From an uncultured Clostridia bacterium (lineage in GTDB: Bacteria > Bacillota > Clostridia > UBA1381 > UMGS1253): a stretch of 64,000 bases of DNA. Numbering within the stretch: the first letter of the stretch is position 1; every line of letters begins with the position of its first letter. The notes beneath the pieces were generated by a model. That model searched no databases. It was not told where the DNA came from and saw only the letters and a list, made by a program, of their open reading frames with translations. This document shows positions 49,244-59,217 of this stretch, piece by piece. The translations under genes were made by a program, and so were the position numbers. The DNA lies in assembly GCA_934456295.1 (NCBI GenBank), contig CAKSHB010000002.1, positions 12,513 to 76,512 of the forward strand, given 5' to 3'.

Positions 49244-49275
49244 AACTCTCCCGTTTTCGGGGGAGTTTGCTTTGT
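49244..49275 (+). terminator. hairpin with interrupted U-tract between engB and hisS
   Basis: AACTCTCCCG-TTTT-CGGGGGAGTT (10 bp, one G-U) followed by TGCTTTGT. It is either the engB terminator or a hisS leader attenuator. Confidence 0.5.
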
Positions 49276-49323
49276 GAAATATCAGGCATTTTAAAATATT
49301 TTGTTGGTTTTGGAGGAAATATT

Positions 49324-50583
49324 ATGCTTACAAAAGCACCGAGAGGAACAAGCGATATACTTCCGCTTGACAGCTATAAATGGCAGTATATAGAGAGAAA
49401 GGCGCGTGATGTGTGCCGCAGGTTTGGTTATGGCGAAATCCGTACGCCTACGTTTGAACATACAGAGTTATTTTTGCGAGGAGTCGGAGATACTACAGAT
49501 GTTGTGGAAAAACAAATGTATACATTTGATGACAAGGGAGGGCGCAGTATTACATTAAGACCCGAGGGAACGGCATCGGCTGCCCGTGCGTATATTGAGC
49601 ATAACCTTGGCGCGAATACACTTCCCGTGAAGCTTTTTTATACGATACCTTGCTTTAGATATGAAAAACCGCAGGCAGGACGTTTCCGTGAGTTTCATCA
49701 GTTTGGTGTCGAGGTTTTTGGCTCATCTGTGCCGACAGTGGACATCGAAATTATTTCACTGGCAGTAACTCTTTTAAACGAACTGGGGCTTAATGATTTG
49801 GCACTTAAAATTAATTCTATCGGATGTCCTGAGTGCCGTAAAAAGTATAACGAGGTTTTAAAAAGCTATTTTAAAGCGCACTATGACGAATTGTGTGATA
49901 CATGTAAAAACAGATTGGAAAGAAACCCTCTGCGTATACTTGATTGCAAATCGCCGATATGCGGAGCTATAGCGAAAGATGCGCCGAAGCTGATAGATTA
50001 TTTGTGTGATGACTGTAAAACGCATTTTGATAAAGTTAAATCAGGACTTGATAAAATAGGGATTTCATACGAGGTTGACCCTGATATTGTAAGAGGGTTG
50101 GATTATTACACAAAGACAGTGTTTGAAATTTCATCAAACGATATAGGCTCACAGTCAGCAGTGTGCGGCGGCGGGAGATATGATGGACTTATACAAGAGC
50201 TGGGGGGCTCACAGACGCCCGGAATTGGTTTTGCACTCGGAATTGAACGCCTTATCATGGTAATGGAAGGTAAAAATGCAAGTTTCGGAGAGTGCGAGGA
50301 ACCGTTGCTTTTTGTGGCTGCGATAGGCGATTTGGCAGATGCTTATGCTGAAAAACTTGTTTATGATTTGCGCCGCAGCGGTATAGTATGCGAGAAAGAC
50401 AGAATGGGGAAGAGTCTTAAAGCTCAGATGAAATATGCCGATAAACATGGATTTAGATATACTGTTGTGCTCGGAGACAATGAAATATCAACCGGCAGTG
50501 CTGTTTTAAAGAATATGAAGGATGGCGCACAGACTCAGGTTAATCTTTCTGATATTTCTGAATTTTTTACGGAGGTAAAATGA
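49324..50583 (+). CDS. hisS: histidine--tRNA ligase
   Basis: Class II motifs (RPEGTA, FRYE.PQ.GR.REF.Q, GGGRYD). ATG 49324 follows GGAGG. Confidence 0.96.
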   Translation: MLTKAPRGTSDILPLDSYKWQYIERKARDVCRRFGYGEIRTPTFEHTELFLRGVGDTTDVVEKQMYTFDDKGGRSITLRPEGTASAARAYIEHNLGANTLPVKLFYTIPCFRYEKPQAGRFREFHQFGVEVFGSSVPTVDIEIISLAVTLLNELGLNDLALKINSIGCPECRKKYNEVLKSYFKAHYDELCDTCKNRLERNPLRILDCKSPICGAIAKDAPKLIDYLCDDCKTHFDKVKSGLDKIGISYEVDPDIVRGLDYYTKTVFEISSNDIGSQSAVCGGGRYDGLIQELGGSQTPGIGFALGIERLIMVMEGKNASFGECEEPLLFVAAIGDLADAYAEKLVYDLRRSGIVCEKDRMGKSLKAQMKYADKHGFRYTVVLGDNEISTGSAVLKNMKDGAQTQVNLSDISEFFTEVK

Positions 50584-50584
50584 T

Positions 50585-52363
50585 ATGGATACAATGAAGG
50601 GCTTAAAACGTACAAACTATTGCGGCGAAACAAGCGGAGTCGGAAGTGTTGCTGTTGTAGGCGGATATGTGCAAAAAATAAGAGATTTGGGAAACTTGAT
50701 ATTTATTGATTTGCGCGACAGAACGGGAATTGTGCAGCTTGCTTTTGATGATAGTACAGACCGTGAAATTTTCAATAAAGCAAAATCATGCAGAAGCGAA
50801 TATGTGCTTATGGCAAAGGGCACGGTCAGAGAACGTGAAAGCAAAAATCCTGATATGAAAACAGGCGATATAGAAGTGTATGTTGACGATTTGAGAATAC
50901 TTGCGAAAGCGCAGACGCCTCCTTTTGAAATCATTGATAATACAAATGTAAATGAGGAATTGAGGCTTAAATACAGATACCTTGATTTGCGCCGTTCCGT
51001 GCTGCAAAATAATATTATAAAAAGAGGACAGATAGCAAAGGTTGCACGTGATTATTTTTATGAAAACGGGTTTATAGAAATTGAAACACCGATGATGACA
51101 AAATCAACTCCTGAGGGCGCACGTGACTATGTTGTGCCGTCAAGGGTTCATCACGGTAAATTTTATGCTCTGCCGCAGTCGCCGCAGATATACAAGCAGC
51201 TTTTGATGATAGCCGGATATGACAGATATATCCAGCTCGCGCGCTGCTTCAGAGATGAGGATCTGAGGGCGGACAGACAGCCCGAGTTTACACAGATTGA
51301 CTTGGAAATGTCGTTTGTTGATGTTGAGGATATTTTGGAAATCGGAGAAGGTTTTATAAAGAGGCTTTTTAAAGATGTCATGAATGTTGATATTCCGCTG
51401 CCGCTGCCGAGATTAACCTATAAAGATGCCATGGAGCGTTATGGTTCGGATAAGCCTGACACAAGATTTGGCATGGAAATAGTAAATATATCGGATATCG
51501 TTTCGGAATGTGAGTTTGGCGCGTTCAAAGACGCAATCGGAAACGGCGGCTCGGTACGCGCTGTGACGGCAAAAAATGCCGCAGCAATTCTTACACGCAA
51601 GGAAATCGATAAACTGACAGAGTACGTGAAGGGGATAGGCGCACGCGGACTTGCTTATATAAGATGGGTTGATGATGAGCCTAACGCAAGCTTTAAGAAG
51701 TTTATGAAGCCCGAGGAGATTGATAACATAATAAAATGCACAGGTGCCGAGAAGGGCGATGTGGTGTTTATTATTGCCGATAAGGATAAAGTTACTTTGC
51801 CGACACTCGGCGCATTAAGACTTAAAGTTGCCAAACAGCTTGATATAATACCTGGTACATTGAATTTCCTGTGGATTACAGAGTTTCCGTTTTTTGAATA
51901 TGATGAAGAAACGAAAACATGGAATGCAATGCATCATCCGTTCACAATGCCTATGGATGAATGTATACAGTATCTTGATACTGCGCCGGAAAAGGTTACG
52001 GCAAAGGCATATGACCTTGTACTCAACGGCACAGAGCTTTCGAGCGGTTCTATAAGAATAAATGATTATGAATTGCAGCAGAAAATGTTTGAAACGCTCG
52101 GACTCACCGATGAGGAAATTCAGACTAAATTTGGTTTCCTTGTAGACGCGTATAAATATGGTGCTGCGCCGCACGGAGGAATGGGAATTGGACTTGACAG
52201 ATTAGCAATGCTTATGTGCGGGGCTGACAGCCTTAGAGATGTTACAGCTTTTCCGAAGGTGCAGAATGCATCTGAGCTTATGACGAATGCACCTGATGTT
52301 GTATATGATGAGCAGCTGAAGGATTTGGGCATAGCGATTGTTGAAGAAGATAAGCAAAAATAA
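50585..52363 (+). CDS. aspS: aspartate--tRNA ligase
   Basis: OB-fold N-domain, FRDEDLRADRQPEFTQ.D.E and GGMGIGLDR. Starts 1 nt after the hisS stop. Confidence 0.96.
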   Translation: MDTMKGLKRTNYCGETSGVGSVAVVGGYVQKIRDLGNLIFIDLRDRTGIVQLAFDDSTDREIFNKAKSCRSEYVLMAKGTVRERESKNPDMKTGDIEVYVDDLRILAKAQTPPFEIIDNTNVNEELRLKYRYLDLRRSVLQNNIIKRGQIAKVARDYFYENGFIEIETPMMTKSTPEGARDYVVPSRVHHGKFYALPQSPQIYKQLLMIAGYDRYIQLARCFRDEDLRADRQPEFTQIDLEMSFVDVEDILEIGEGFIKRLFKDVMNVDIPLPLPRLTYKDAMERYGSDKPDTRFGMEIVNISDIVSECEFGAFKDAIGNGGSVRAVTAKNAAAILTRKEIDKLTEYVKGIGARGLAYIRWVDDEPNASFKKFMKPEEIDNIIKCTGAEKGDVVFIIADKDKVTLPTLGALRLKVAKQLDIIPGTLNFLWITEFPFFEYDEETKTWNAMHHPFTMPMDECIQYLDTAPEKVTAKAYDLVLNGTELSSGSIRINDYELQQKMFETLGLTDEEIQTKFGFLVDAYKYGAAPHGGMGIGLDRLAMLMCGADSLRDVTAFPKVQNASELMTNAPDVVYDEQLKDLGIAIVEEDKQK

Positions 52364-52382
52364 AAATCATGAACAATAAAAT

Positions 52383-52418
52383 AAAAACGGCTTGGTTTTT
52401 TAGACCGAGCCGTTTTTT
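52383..52418. terminator. bidirectional rho-independent terminator (aspS / ytxC convergent)
   Basis: ACGGCTTGGT/ACCGAGCCGT 10-bp stem, flanked by an A-run on the 5' side and a T-run on the 3' side. Confidence 0.75.
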
Positions 52419-52525
52419 ATATTCGGTTACAGGTGGGGATATTGGTAAAATCCGTATAATTGAATTCAAACTAACTCATATAAATTGTTCTTTATGCGAA
52501 TTAGACACTGCTTTTTTATTATACT

Positions 52526-53284
52526 CTATTTGCATAATACGCACCCGTTGCATACAAATACTCTGTTTTCAAAAACGCTTTTTATAGTATCAAAAAGCTG
52601 TTTGTTTTTTATATTATATTCGCAGTGTATAATTATCTTTTTCGGCGCAATACTTATTAGCGCTGACAGCAGCATGTCATCTTCGCAAAAAATATCTGAG
52701 CCTTCAAATATACCTTCCAGTTCTGCTATATAACTCTTTGAGAGCTCCTCAAAATTTTCGTCACATATAAAATATCGTCCGCTGTTTTCTACTTTTATAT
52801 TAACGACCCGCATAAGCGGTTTTTGTAGCAATATAAATTCTTTCAGCATCAAAATAAAGTTTTTATATTCACATTCTCTGAAATATTCATCTGCGGAATA
52901 ATCAGCTACTTTCTCCAGCTCTTTATAAAAATGCTTTAGCCTGAAACGCGCAAAACCGTCAAGAACAATACTGTCGGAGGCCTCGTAAACAAAATAGTTA
53001 TACAATTTTTTCTCAATATAGTTTTTTATGAAGGTTATTTTATCGGAGTTGGCTTTTTCGAAATAATGTTCTGCTATTTCATGTATTTGATGTCGTTCAT
53101 TTTTTGACAAGGTGTCGTAACTGCTGTTAACAATTGTCCATAGAAAGCTATTGCTGTATTTGTTTATAATATAGTATGCCAAATCACTGCAAAAGCTTGC
53201 CATATCATCAGCATTATTGACACAAAAGTTTATATAATTAATATCGGATGAATTTATAAGTCCCACAGATAACGTTCTTATCAC
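52526..53284 (-). CDS. ytxC: putative sporulation protein YtxC-like
   Basis: 252 aa. The GFARFRLKHFYKELEKV...EY..FI.LLKEF pattern matches my recollection of the YtxC family. GTG start after AGAAGGGTG. Confidence 0.5.
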   Translation of the reverse strand: MIRTLSVGLINSSDINYINFCVNNADDMASFCSDLAYYIINKYSNSFLWTIVNSSYDTLSKNERHQIHEIAEHYFEKANSDKITFIKNYIEKKLYNYFVYEASDSIVLDGFARFRLKHFYKELEKVADYSADEYFRECEYKNFILMLKEFILLQKPLMRVVNIKVENSGRYFICDENFEELSKSYIAELEGIFEGSDIFCEDDMLLSALISIAPKKIIIHCEYNIKNKQLFDTIKSVFENRVFVCNGCVLCK

Positions 53285-53359
53285 ACATTCACACCCTTCT
53301 TTTTGATAAACTTAGTATATCAAAATGCTTTTTATATATTCATTATTTTCAGATGACAT

Positions 53360-54106
53360 TTATTCGTATGTAATCGGTATAATTGACCCGATATCTACAG
53401 GAATATCATCTGTCAAGCAATATAGCTTTACATTATATTTTTCGCAAAATGTGATAATCTTTGCGTAATCCACATGTTTTTCCACATTACCTGTTATTGC
53501 TAATATGTCTTTATCGATTAACCCTACAGAGCCGCCTATAAAGCCATATTCAAAGCCTTCGAACGATATGCCGCCTTTTTTTATCAGCAGAGAATCGATA
53601 TTGCTTTGCAAAGCTGCACAATGTATTGATTCGTCTTCTGTTATAATTGCCTTATCGCTTATAATTGCAGTATTGCATTTGCTGTAACCCTGCGCTACAT
53701 TTACAAAATTTACATTGTCAAGATTTTCGGTAATAAGGTTATCTGTACAAGATAATTTATGAAATGCAACGTTTGAAACGCATGCTATATTATATGCTAT
53801 GTCATATGGATACGTACCGTTTATATAGGTACAGCCTTTTATCAATTCAATACTGTTTATAGTAAGCGTTTTTTTATAATAATCATATGAAGTCGGTTCA
53901 CAGATAAACTTGTTTTTTCCGACGTGGCAAATACTCATATCGGGATGTCCGCATACTGCCGGATAAAGAGATTTTATATTGCAGCTTGGATATGTTGTTA
54001 TATTAAGCTGCTTTAAGGCATCTAATATTTTATCATTACAGCGATAATCAACTATAACGCGCTTAACTTTACTTTTAGGTAAATTTGGCATTTGTATAAA
54101 ATTCAT
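53360..54106 (-). CDS. conserved hypothetical protein (possibly DUF6873-like)
   Basis: 248 aa from ATG 54106 (GGGGAG RBS). Motifs HPDMSICH, GYSKCN, GFIGGS and DIGS. No domain I can assign with confidence. Confidence 0.6.
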   Translation of the reverse strand: MNFIQMPNLPKSKVKRVIVDYRCNDKILDALKQLNITTYPSCNIKSLYPAVCGHPDMSICHVGKNKFICEPTSYDYYKKTLTINSIELIKGCTYINGTYPYDIAYNIACVSNVAFHKLSCTDNLITENLDNVNFVNVAQGYSKCNTAIISDKAIITEDESIHCAALQSNIDSLLIKKGGISFEGFEYGFIGGSVGLIDKDILAITGNVEKHVDYAKIITFCEKYNVKLYCLTDDIPVDIGSIIPITYE

Positions 54107-54210
54107 CGCTAACTCCCCTATTTTTTTACTAATTATACCACTATAAGTATACATAAAATAATTATGGTAAATTAAAGTGTTTTTGTTCTCATGTGTATGA
54201 AATATGTGAT

Positions 54211-54249
54211 AAAAAAAGTATTTGCATAAACACTACGCAAATACTTTTT
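54211..54249 (-). terminator. rho-independent terminator after ireB
   Basis: Perfect 13-bp stem AAAAAGTATTTGC/GCAAATACTTTTT with an 11-nt loop. U-run on the minus-strand reading. Confidence 0.75.
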
Positions 54250-54264
54250 AAAGGTTGTTTAAAA

Positions 54265-54519
54265 TTAAAGTTCTTTTATATAAGTTTTAACGAGCTCTTC
54301 CAGTATTTCATCGCGCTCTATCCGATTTATTATGCTTCTTGCGTTGTTATAATTTGTAATATAAGTGGGGTCGCCCGATAAAATATATCCTACCAGCTGA
54401 CTGACGGGGTTATACCCTTTTACTTTAAGAGCATTATAAACAGCACATATGGTTTCGCGGACTTCCTTTGTGCGTTCGTTGTCCATATTATTAAATTTCA
54501 TTGTCTGATTTATAGGCAT
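54265..54519 (-). CDS. ireB: IreB-family regulatory phosphoprotein (UPF0297/YrzL)
   Basis: TMKFN...[29 protein letters not shown]...[10 protein letters not shown] matches the UPF0297 family. Confidence 0.85.
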   Translation of the reverse strand: MPINQTMKFNNMDNERTKEVRETICAVYNALKVKGYNPVSQLVGYILSGDPTYITNYNNARSIINRIERDEILEELVKTYIKEL

Positions 54520-54612
54520 GTGTTTTCGCCTCCATTAATTATATCACAATAGTTATTATACAATAAATATAAAAATAATTCAAGAAGAAAATATTAATTA
54601 ATTGTTAAATAA

Positions 54613-55077
54613 TCAGCCAAATATTGTGCATATATGCAATGCAACTGCAACCGCAATACCAAGTATAGCGCCTGCGATTACTTCAAACGGCGTATGTCCC
54701 AGAAGCTCCTTGAGTCTTTCGCCCTGAATTTCGGGCGATTCATCATTCCAATGTTCGACAATCTGGTTCAAAATAGAAGCCTGTTTTCCGGCAGCACGTC
54801 TGACACCTGCGGCATCATACATAACAATAAGCGCCAAAACAACGCATACTGCAAACATTGCGCTGTCAAATCCGCAATCAAAACCAATCATGACAGCCAA
54901 TGAGGTTACAAACGATGAATGTGAACTGGGCATGCCGCCCGAACCGACAAAACGGTGAAAATCAAATCTTTTTTCGGTTATCAGTACAAATATAACCTTC
55001 AAACTTTGCGCTATAAACCATGAGAGTATCGCTGCCCACAATACTTGGTTATGAAACAGTTCATAAAAAAATAACAT
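54613..55077 (-). CDS. divergent PAP2-family membrane protein (YuiD-like)
   Basis: GGMPSSHSSFV and YDAAGVRRAAGKQA motifs; 4-5 TM helices. Confidence 0.8.
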   Translation of the reverse strand: MLFFYELFHNQVLWAAILSWFIAQSLKVIFVLITEKRFDFHRFVGSGGMPSSHSSFVTSLAVMIGFDCGFDSAMFAVCVVLALIVMYDAAGVRRAAGKQASILNQIVEHWNDESPEIQGERLKELLGHTPFEVIAGAILGIAVAVALHICTIFG

Positions 55078-55143
55078 TTTATAAAGTTCTCCTCTGCGTT
55101 TAATTGCTTTTATGCTTTATTTGCGTAAAATTTCCCAATTAAT

Positions 55144-56037
55144 TTAATTGCTTCTTTTAAGCAGATAGTCTGTCAGACTGAGCAAAAATTCTGACTTTGT
55201 ACCAAAAGAAGCAATGGCATCTTTTGCCTTATTTGTATGCTCCAAAAGAAGTTCTTTTGCCCTATCTATGCCGTAAATTGAAACATATGTATTCTTGTGT
55301 GCCTCCAAATCTCCGCCGACAGGCTTTCCGAGCTTACTGCTCTCGCCTTCAACATCAAGAATATCATCTTTTATCTGAAAGGCAAGCCCGAGATTTACAG
55401 CGTAATCTTCAAGCGTCTTTATTTGACTGCTGTCTGACCCTGCAATTATAGCGCCGCATACGGCAGCGGCACGAATGAGAGCGCTCGTCTTTTTTTCTTG
55501 CAAAGTCCTAAGTATGTCGCTGCTTATACTGCGGTTTTCGCTCAGTATGTCAATTACCTGTCCGCCTATCATGCCGCCCACTCCGGAGCATTCTGCCATA
55601 TATGCCGAGGCTTTCAATGCTTTAACCGTGTCATCACAAGGCGATGATAAAATCAGTTCAAAAGCGTAGTTTAAAAGACCGTCGCCGGCAAGTATAGCCA
55701 TAGCTTCACCAAACACAATGTGGTTTGTTTTTTTACCTCTACGAAGCGGCGAATTGTCCATAGCCGGCAAATCGTCATGTATAAGGGAGTATGTATGTAT
55801 CATTTCCAATGCGCATGCATACGGAATAACATCTTCTTTTTCTCCGCCGAGCATTTCACAGACTGACAGCATGATAACAGGACGAATTCTTTTTCCGCCG
55901 GCAAAAATGCTGTAACGCATTGCCTCGGATATTTCCTTCGGTGTATCGCTGCGGCCGGTCAAATATTTGTGCAAATATTCATCTATAATATTGATTTTTG
56001 ATGTAAATTCTTCCTTAAAGGTCATTCTTATCATCAT
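55144..56037 (-). CDS. ispA: polyprenyl (farnesyl/geranylgeranyl) diphosphate synthase
   Basis: First and second Asp-rich motifs (LIHDDLPAMDN, FQIKDDILD). Confidence 0.9.
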   Translation of the reverse strand: MMIRMTFKEEFTSKINIIDEYLHKYLTGRSDTPKEISEAMRYSIFAGGKRIRPVIMLSVCEMLGGEKEDVIPYACALEMIHTYSLIHDDLPAMDNSPLRRGKKTNHIVFGEAMAILAGDGLLNYAFELILSSPCDDTVKALKASAYMAECSGVGGMIGGQVIDILSENRSISSDILRTLQEKKTSALIRAAAVCGAIIAGSDSSQIKTLEDYAVNLGLAFQIKDDILDVEGESSKLGKPVGGDLEAHKNTYVSIYGIDRAKELLLEHTNKAKDAIASFGTKSEFLLSLTDYLLKRSN

Positions 56038-56275
56038 CTCCGGCTAAAAAATTTTGCTCCTTTATCCCATTCTCTGTTTTAAGCAGCACAGCCACTTTTT
56101 GCTCTGCCTCATCAATCATTTTGCTGCATTCCGATGACAACTTCACTCCGCGTTCAAAAAGTTTAAGGGATTCATCAAGAGATATGTCATTGTTTTCAAG
56201 TTTTTTCACAATCTCTTCAAGCTCGCTTATGTTTTTTTCAAAGCTGATATCTTCTGCTTTTGTCTTACCGCTCAT
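56015..56275 (-). CDS. xseB: exodeoxyribonuclease VII small subunit
   Basis: FEKNISELEEIVKKLEN..ISLDESLKLFERG. ATG 56275 chosen. The 3' end overlaps the ispA start. Confidence 0.88.
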   Translation of the reverse strand: MSGKTKAEDISFEKNISELEEIVKKLENNDISLDESLKLFERGVKLSSECSKMIDEAEQKVAVLLKTENGIKEQNFLAGDDDKNDL

Positions 56276-56319
56276 ATATATCATTCCTTTCGGCAAAGTA
56301 TCAATCGTTTGGTTTATCA

Positions 56320-57531
56320 TTATTTAATATCTGAAAAATACGCATATGCGGTGCCATCAGACATAACCAGCTCAAATTTTTCTCCGTCGGACGCATCTTT
56401 TACGGAACGGATAACTGTACCGTCGCTCTTTTTTGCGATACTGTAGCCGCGTCCCAAAACAGCCAGAGGACTTACGGCGTTAAGTTTGCCGGCTGAGGCT
56501 TTTAATATATCCGATTTTTTTGAAATTATAAGATTGGTATTTCTTATAAGGTTTTTTGTGAGATCGTCTATATATATTCTATTGTCAGCAAGGCGTGCCT
56601 CCGGACTTTTTACAGCCAGCTTGCTGATAATCGTTTTCTTCAGCTTTATAAGGTTAAGCGTTGCAAATATTACACGCGAACGTAAATCGTTTATTTTTCC
56701 GCCTAATTCGTATATTGACGGAACTGCGATTTCGGCAGCGGCAGACGGTGTCGGCGCACGCATATCAGCAACGAAATCGGCTATTGTAAAGTCTGTTTCA
56801 TGCCCTACGGCTGAAATAACAGGTATTTCTGAGGCAAAAATCGCCCTGACCGTTGCCTCTTCATTAAAAGCCCACAAATCTTCAATCGAGCCGCCACCAC
56901 GCCCAACAATAAGGACATCTGCACCGGAAGTATCGTTAAAATATTTTATACCTTCACATATGCCTGCGCTTGCACCTTCGCCCTGCACAAGCGACGGATA
57001 TATTATAATTTTTGCACATGGGTAGCGTCTTGAAAGCACATTTATGATGTCGCGTATAGCAGCGCCGGTTGTGGCGGTAATTACACCTATTTTTGAAGGG
57101 TATTGCGGAAGCGGCTTTTTATATTTTGTATCAAAAAGCCCTTCTGCCTCAAGCTTGGCTTTAAGCTGCTCATATGCTATGTGCAGAGCGCCGACCCCAT
57201 CGGGCTGCATTTCATCTATATACAACTGATACGAGCCGTCGCGTTCATACACGGACACTCTGCCGCGTGCAAGTACCTTCATTCCGTTTTCGGGAGTAAA
57301 AGAAAGCTTTGAGGCGCTTGATTTAAACATTACTGCCTTTAAAACGCCGCCTTCATCTTTTAATGTCAGGTAACAATGGCCCGAATAATGCAGCTTAAAG
57401 TTTGAAATCTCGCCCTTTATCCATATGTTATTAAGTATCGTTGCACCGTCAAGCACCTGTTTTATAAATTTGTTTAGCTGGGAAACGGTAGCTGTATATA
57501 TTTTTTCTTCCGTATATCCTTTTTCGTCCAT
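56320..57531 (-). CDS. xseA: exodeoxyribonuclease VII large subunit
   Basis: N-terminal OB fold (VSQLN..IK..L, GHCYLTLKD), IGVITATTGAA and GRGGGS. The ORF is open to 57564. Confidence 0.93.
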   Translation of the reverse strand: MDEKGYTEEKIYTATVSQLNKFIKQVLDGATILNNIWIKGEISNFKLHYSGHCYLTLKDEGGVLKAVMFKSSASKLSFTPENGMKVLARGRVSVYERDGSYQLYIDEMQPDGVGALHIAYEQLKAKLEAEGLFDTKYKKPLPQYPSKIGVITATTGAAIRDIINVLSRRYPCAKIIIYPSLVQGEGASAGICEGIKYFNDTSGADVLIVGRGGGSIEDLWAFNEEATVRAIFASEIPVISAVGHETDFTIADFVADMRAPTPSAAAEIAVPSIYELGGKINDLRSRVIFATLNLIKLKKTIISKLAVKSPEARLADNRIYIDDLTKNLIRNTNLIISKKSDILKASAGKLNAVSPLAVLGRGYSIAKKSDGTVIRSVKDASDGEKFELVMSDGTAYAYFSDIK

Positions 57532-57586
57532 AGAAGAAACCGCCTTTATAAAAATATGCTGCAATTCAGATATAATTTACCGCAAT

Positions 57587-58003
57587 TTAATGTTTGGCTT
57601 TTAAAATACTGCTGAGAACTCCGTTTATAAACGAAGGCGCCTCGTCAATATCGTATCTTTTTGCTATCTCAACAGCTTCATTTACAGAAACATTATCCGG
57701 AATATCGTCTATATACATTATTTCATACACAGCAAGGCGCATAACGGCAAGGCTTACTTTTGATATACGTTCCTTGCTCCAGCCCGCTTTAAGATTTTCG
57801 GAAATTTTCTCATCGAGTACATCTTTTTTATCAAAAATACCTTTTGCAGTTGAAACAATATAGTTATACTGCTTTTTATCCGTTTTTTTTAGTTCTGCAT
57901 TTTCGTTTTCAAAAAGTTCCACTACCTCAGGATAAGAATCTTTTTGAGCCGTAATTTGAAACGCAAGCTTAAATGCCTCACATCTGGCTTCACTTCTGTT
58001 CAT
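57587..58003 (-). CDS. nusB: transcription antitermination factor NusB
   Basis: RSEARCEAFKLAFQ, LAV.EI and the INGVL C-terminus. ATG 58003 follows GGAGG. Confidence 0.92.
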   Translation of the reverse strand: MNRSEARCEAFKLAFQITAQKDSYPEVVELFENENAELKKTDKKQYNYIVSTAKGIFDKKDVLDEKISENLKAGWSKERISKVSLAVMRLAVYEIMYIDDIPDNVSVNEAVEIAKRYDIDEAPSFINGVLSSILKAKH

Positions 58004-58016
58004 TTGTGACCTCCGA

Positions 58017-58463
58017 TTATTTTTCAAGCTTCATAATTTTATCTACACGATTAACATGTCTGCCGCCTTCAAAGGACGATGCCATGTAAGAATCCACAAT
58101 ATCAAGAGCAACACCTATGCCCGTTGTACGTGCGCCAAGGCACAGCACATTTGCATCGTTATGCATACGGCTCATTCGTGCGTCAAAACAACTGTGGCAC
58201 AATGCTGCGCGTATACCGTGCATTTTGTTTGCGGCAATACTTATTCCTATGCCCGTGCCGCATATGAGTATGGCACGCTCATATTTGCCCTCCGAAACAC
58301 CTTTGCACACTGTTTCTGCAATGTCGGGATAATCAACAGAATTCGCGCTGTAACAGCCGCAGTCATCAACAGCTATTCCCTTTTCTTCCAAATGCGATAT
58401 GATTTTTGCTTTAAGTTCAAAACCGCCATGGTCACTCCCGACAGCTATTTTTATTTTATCCAT
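58017..58463 (-). CDS. rpiB: ribose-5-phosphate isomerase B
   Basis: IAVGSDHGGFELK, CGTGIGISIAANK, RMHNDANVL. Confidence 0.94.
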   Translation of the reverse strand: MDKIKIAVGSDHGGFELKAKIISHLEEKGIAVDDCGCYSANSVDYPDIAETVCKGVSEGKYERAILICGTGIGISIAANKMHGIRAALCHSCFDARMSRMHNDANVLCLGARTTGIGVALDIVDSYMASSFEGGRHVNRVDKIMKLEK

Positions 58464-58503
58464 AAATATCTCCGTTCCGCCGCTTCGTGCGGCTTTGATT
58501 TAT

Positions 58504-59211
58504 TTATCTTTCCATGTGCTTTTCTTCATATTCACGCTCTGCCTGAGATTTTCTCAAATATACAGGTACAAGCTCACCGCAGGAAACACCCTTCCCTGCC
58601 GCAAAAATTTGCTGTGCTGCTACAGCTACGGATGAGGCACGCTGCATATTGGAATTTGCAAACGCAAAAACTGCCAAATCCCCGAGTATATCGGAAATAT
58701 GTTCACCAAAACGCAAAACACCGTCACCTATAAAAACAGCCTTCTTGTTTTCTTTTTTTACAATATCAATTATAGTATCTATCGATTCCGCACAAGGAGC
58801 TGTATGTGTTAAAAGCACACCGTCTTTCCAATAATACACTGCTCCATATACCTGGTCTCGCCGTGCATCAAGTATCGGAATAATATAATCACAACAATAC
58901 GGCAGATTATACGCCATAGCCTCAAGCGTCGATATGCCTGCTACAGGCTTATTGCATGCATGAGCCAATCCTTTGACTGTTGCAATTCCGATTCTCAGCC
59001 CCGTAAAAGAGCCGGGTCCGACAGAAACCGCAAATGCATCAATTTCACCTATGTCGGTTTCTGTTGCACAAAGCATATCTCTTATGAGGGACAAAAGCGT
59101 CTGAGAATGTGTTTTTTTATGATTTACAGTATATTCACCCGTCAGAACTCCATTACATATAAGCGCGGCAGAGGCTACATTTGACGAGGAATCAATTGCC
59201 AGTATTTTCAA
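58504..59211 (-). CDS. tsaB: tRNA t6A biosynthesis protein TsaB
   Basis: ILAIDSS, VGPGSFTGLRIG. Confidence 0.9.
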   Translation of the reverse strand: MKILAIDSSSNVASAALICNGVLTGEYTVNHKKTHSQTLLSLIRDMLCATETDIGEIDAFAVSVGPGSFTGLRIGIATVKGLAHACNKPVAGISTLEAMAYNLPYCCDYIIPILDARRDQVYGAVYYWKDGVLLTHTAPCAESIDTIIDIVKKENKKAVFIGDGVLRFGEHISDILGDLAVFAFANSNMQRASSVAVAAQQIFAAGKGVSCGELVPVYLRKSQAEREYEEKHMER

Positions 59212-59217
59212 AAAAGT

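Noticed and set aside
49150-49323. Searched for a T-box riboswitch ahead of hisS-aspS.
   Set aside because: The gap is too short, and it lacks the conserved T-box/antiterminator sequence and the stem I features.
54538-54548. TGTGATATAAT (minus strand) ahead of ireB, matching the extended -10 seen at 13004-13013 and 29099-29108.
   Set aside because: A transcript started from it would begin inside the ireB Shine-Dalgarno sequence. The TATAAT 14 nt further upstream is the more plausible -10, and the recurrence reflects ordinary sigma-A consensus.
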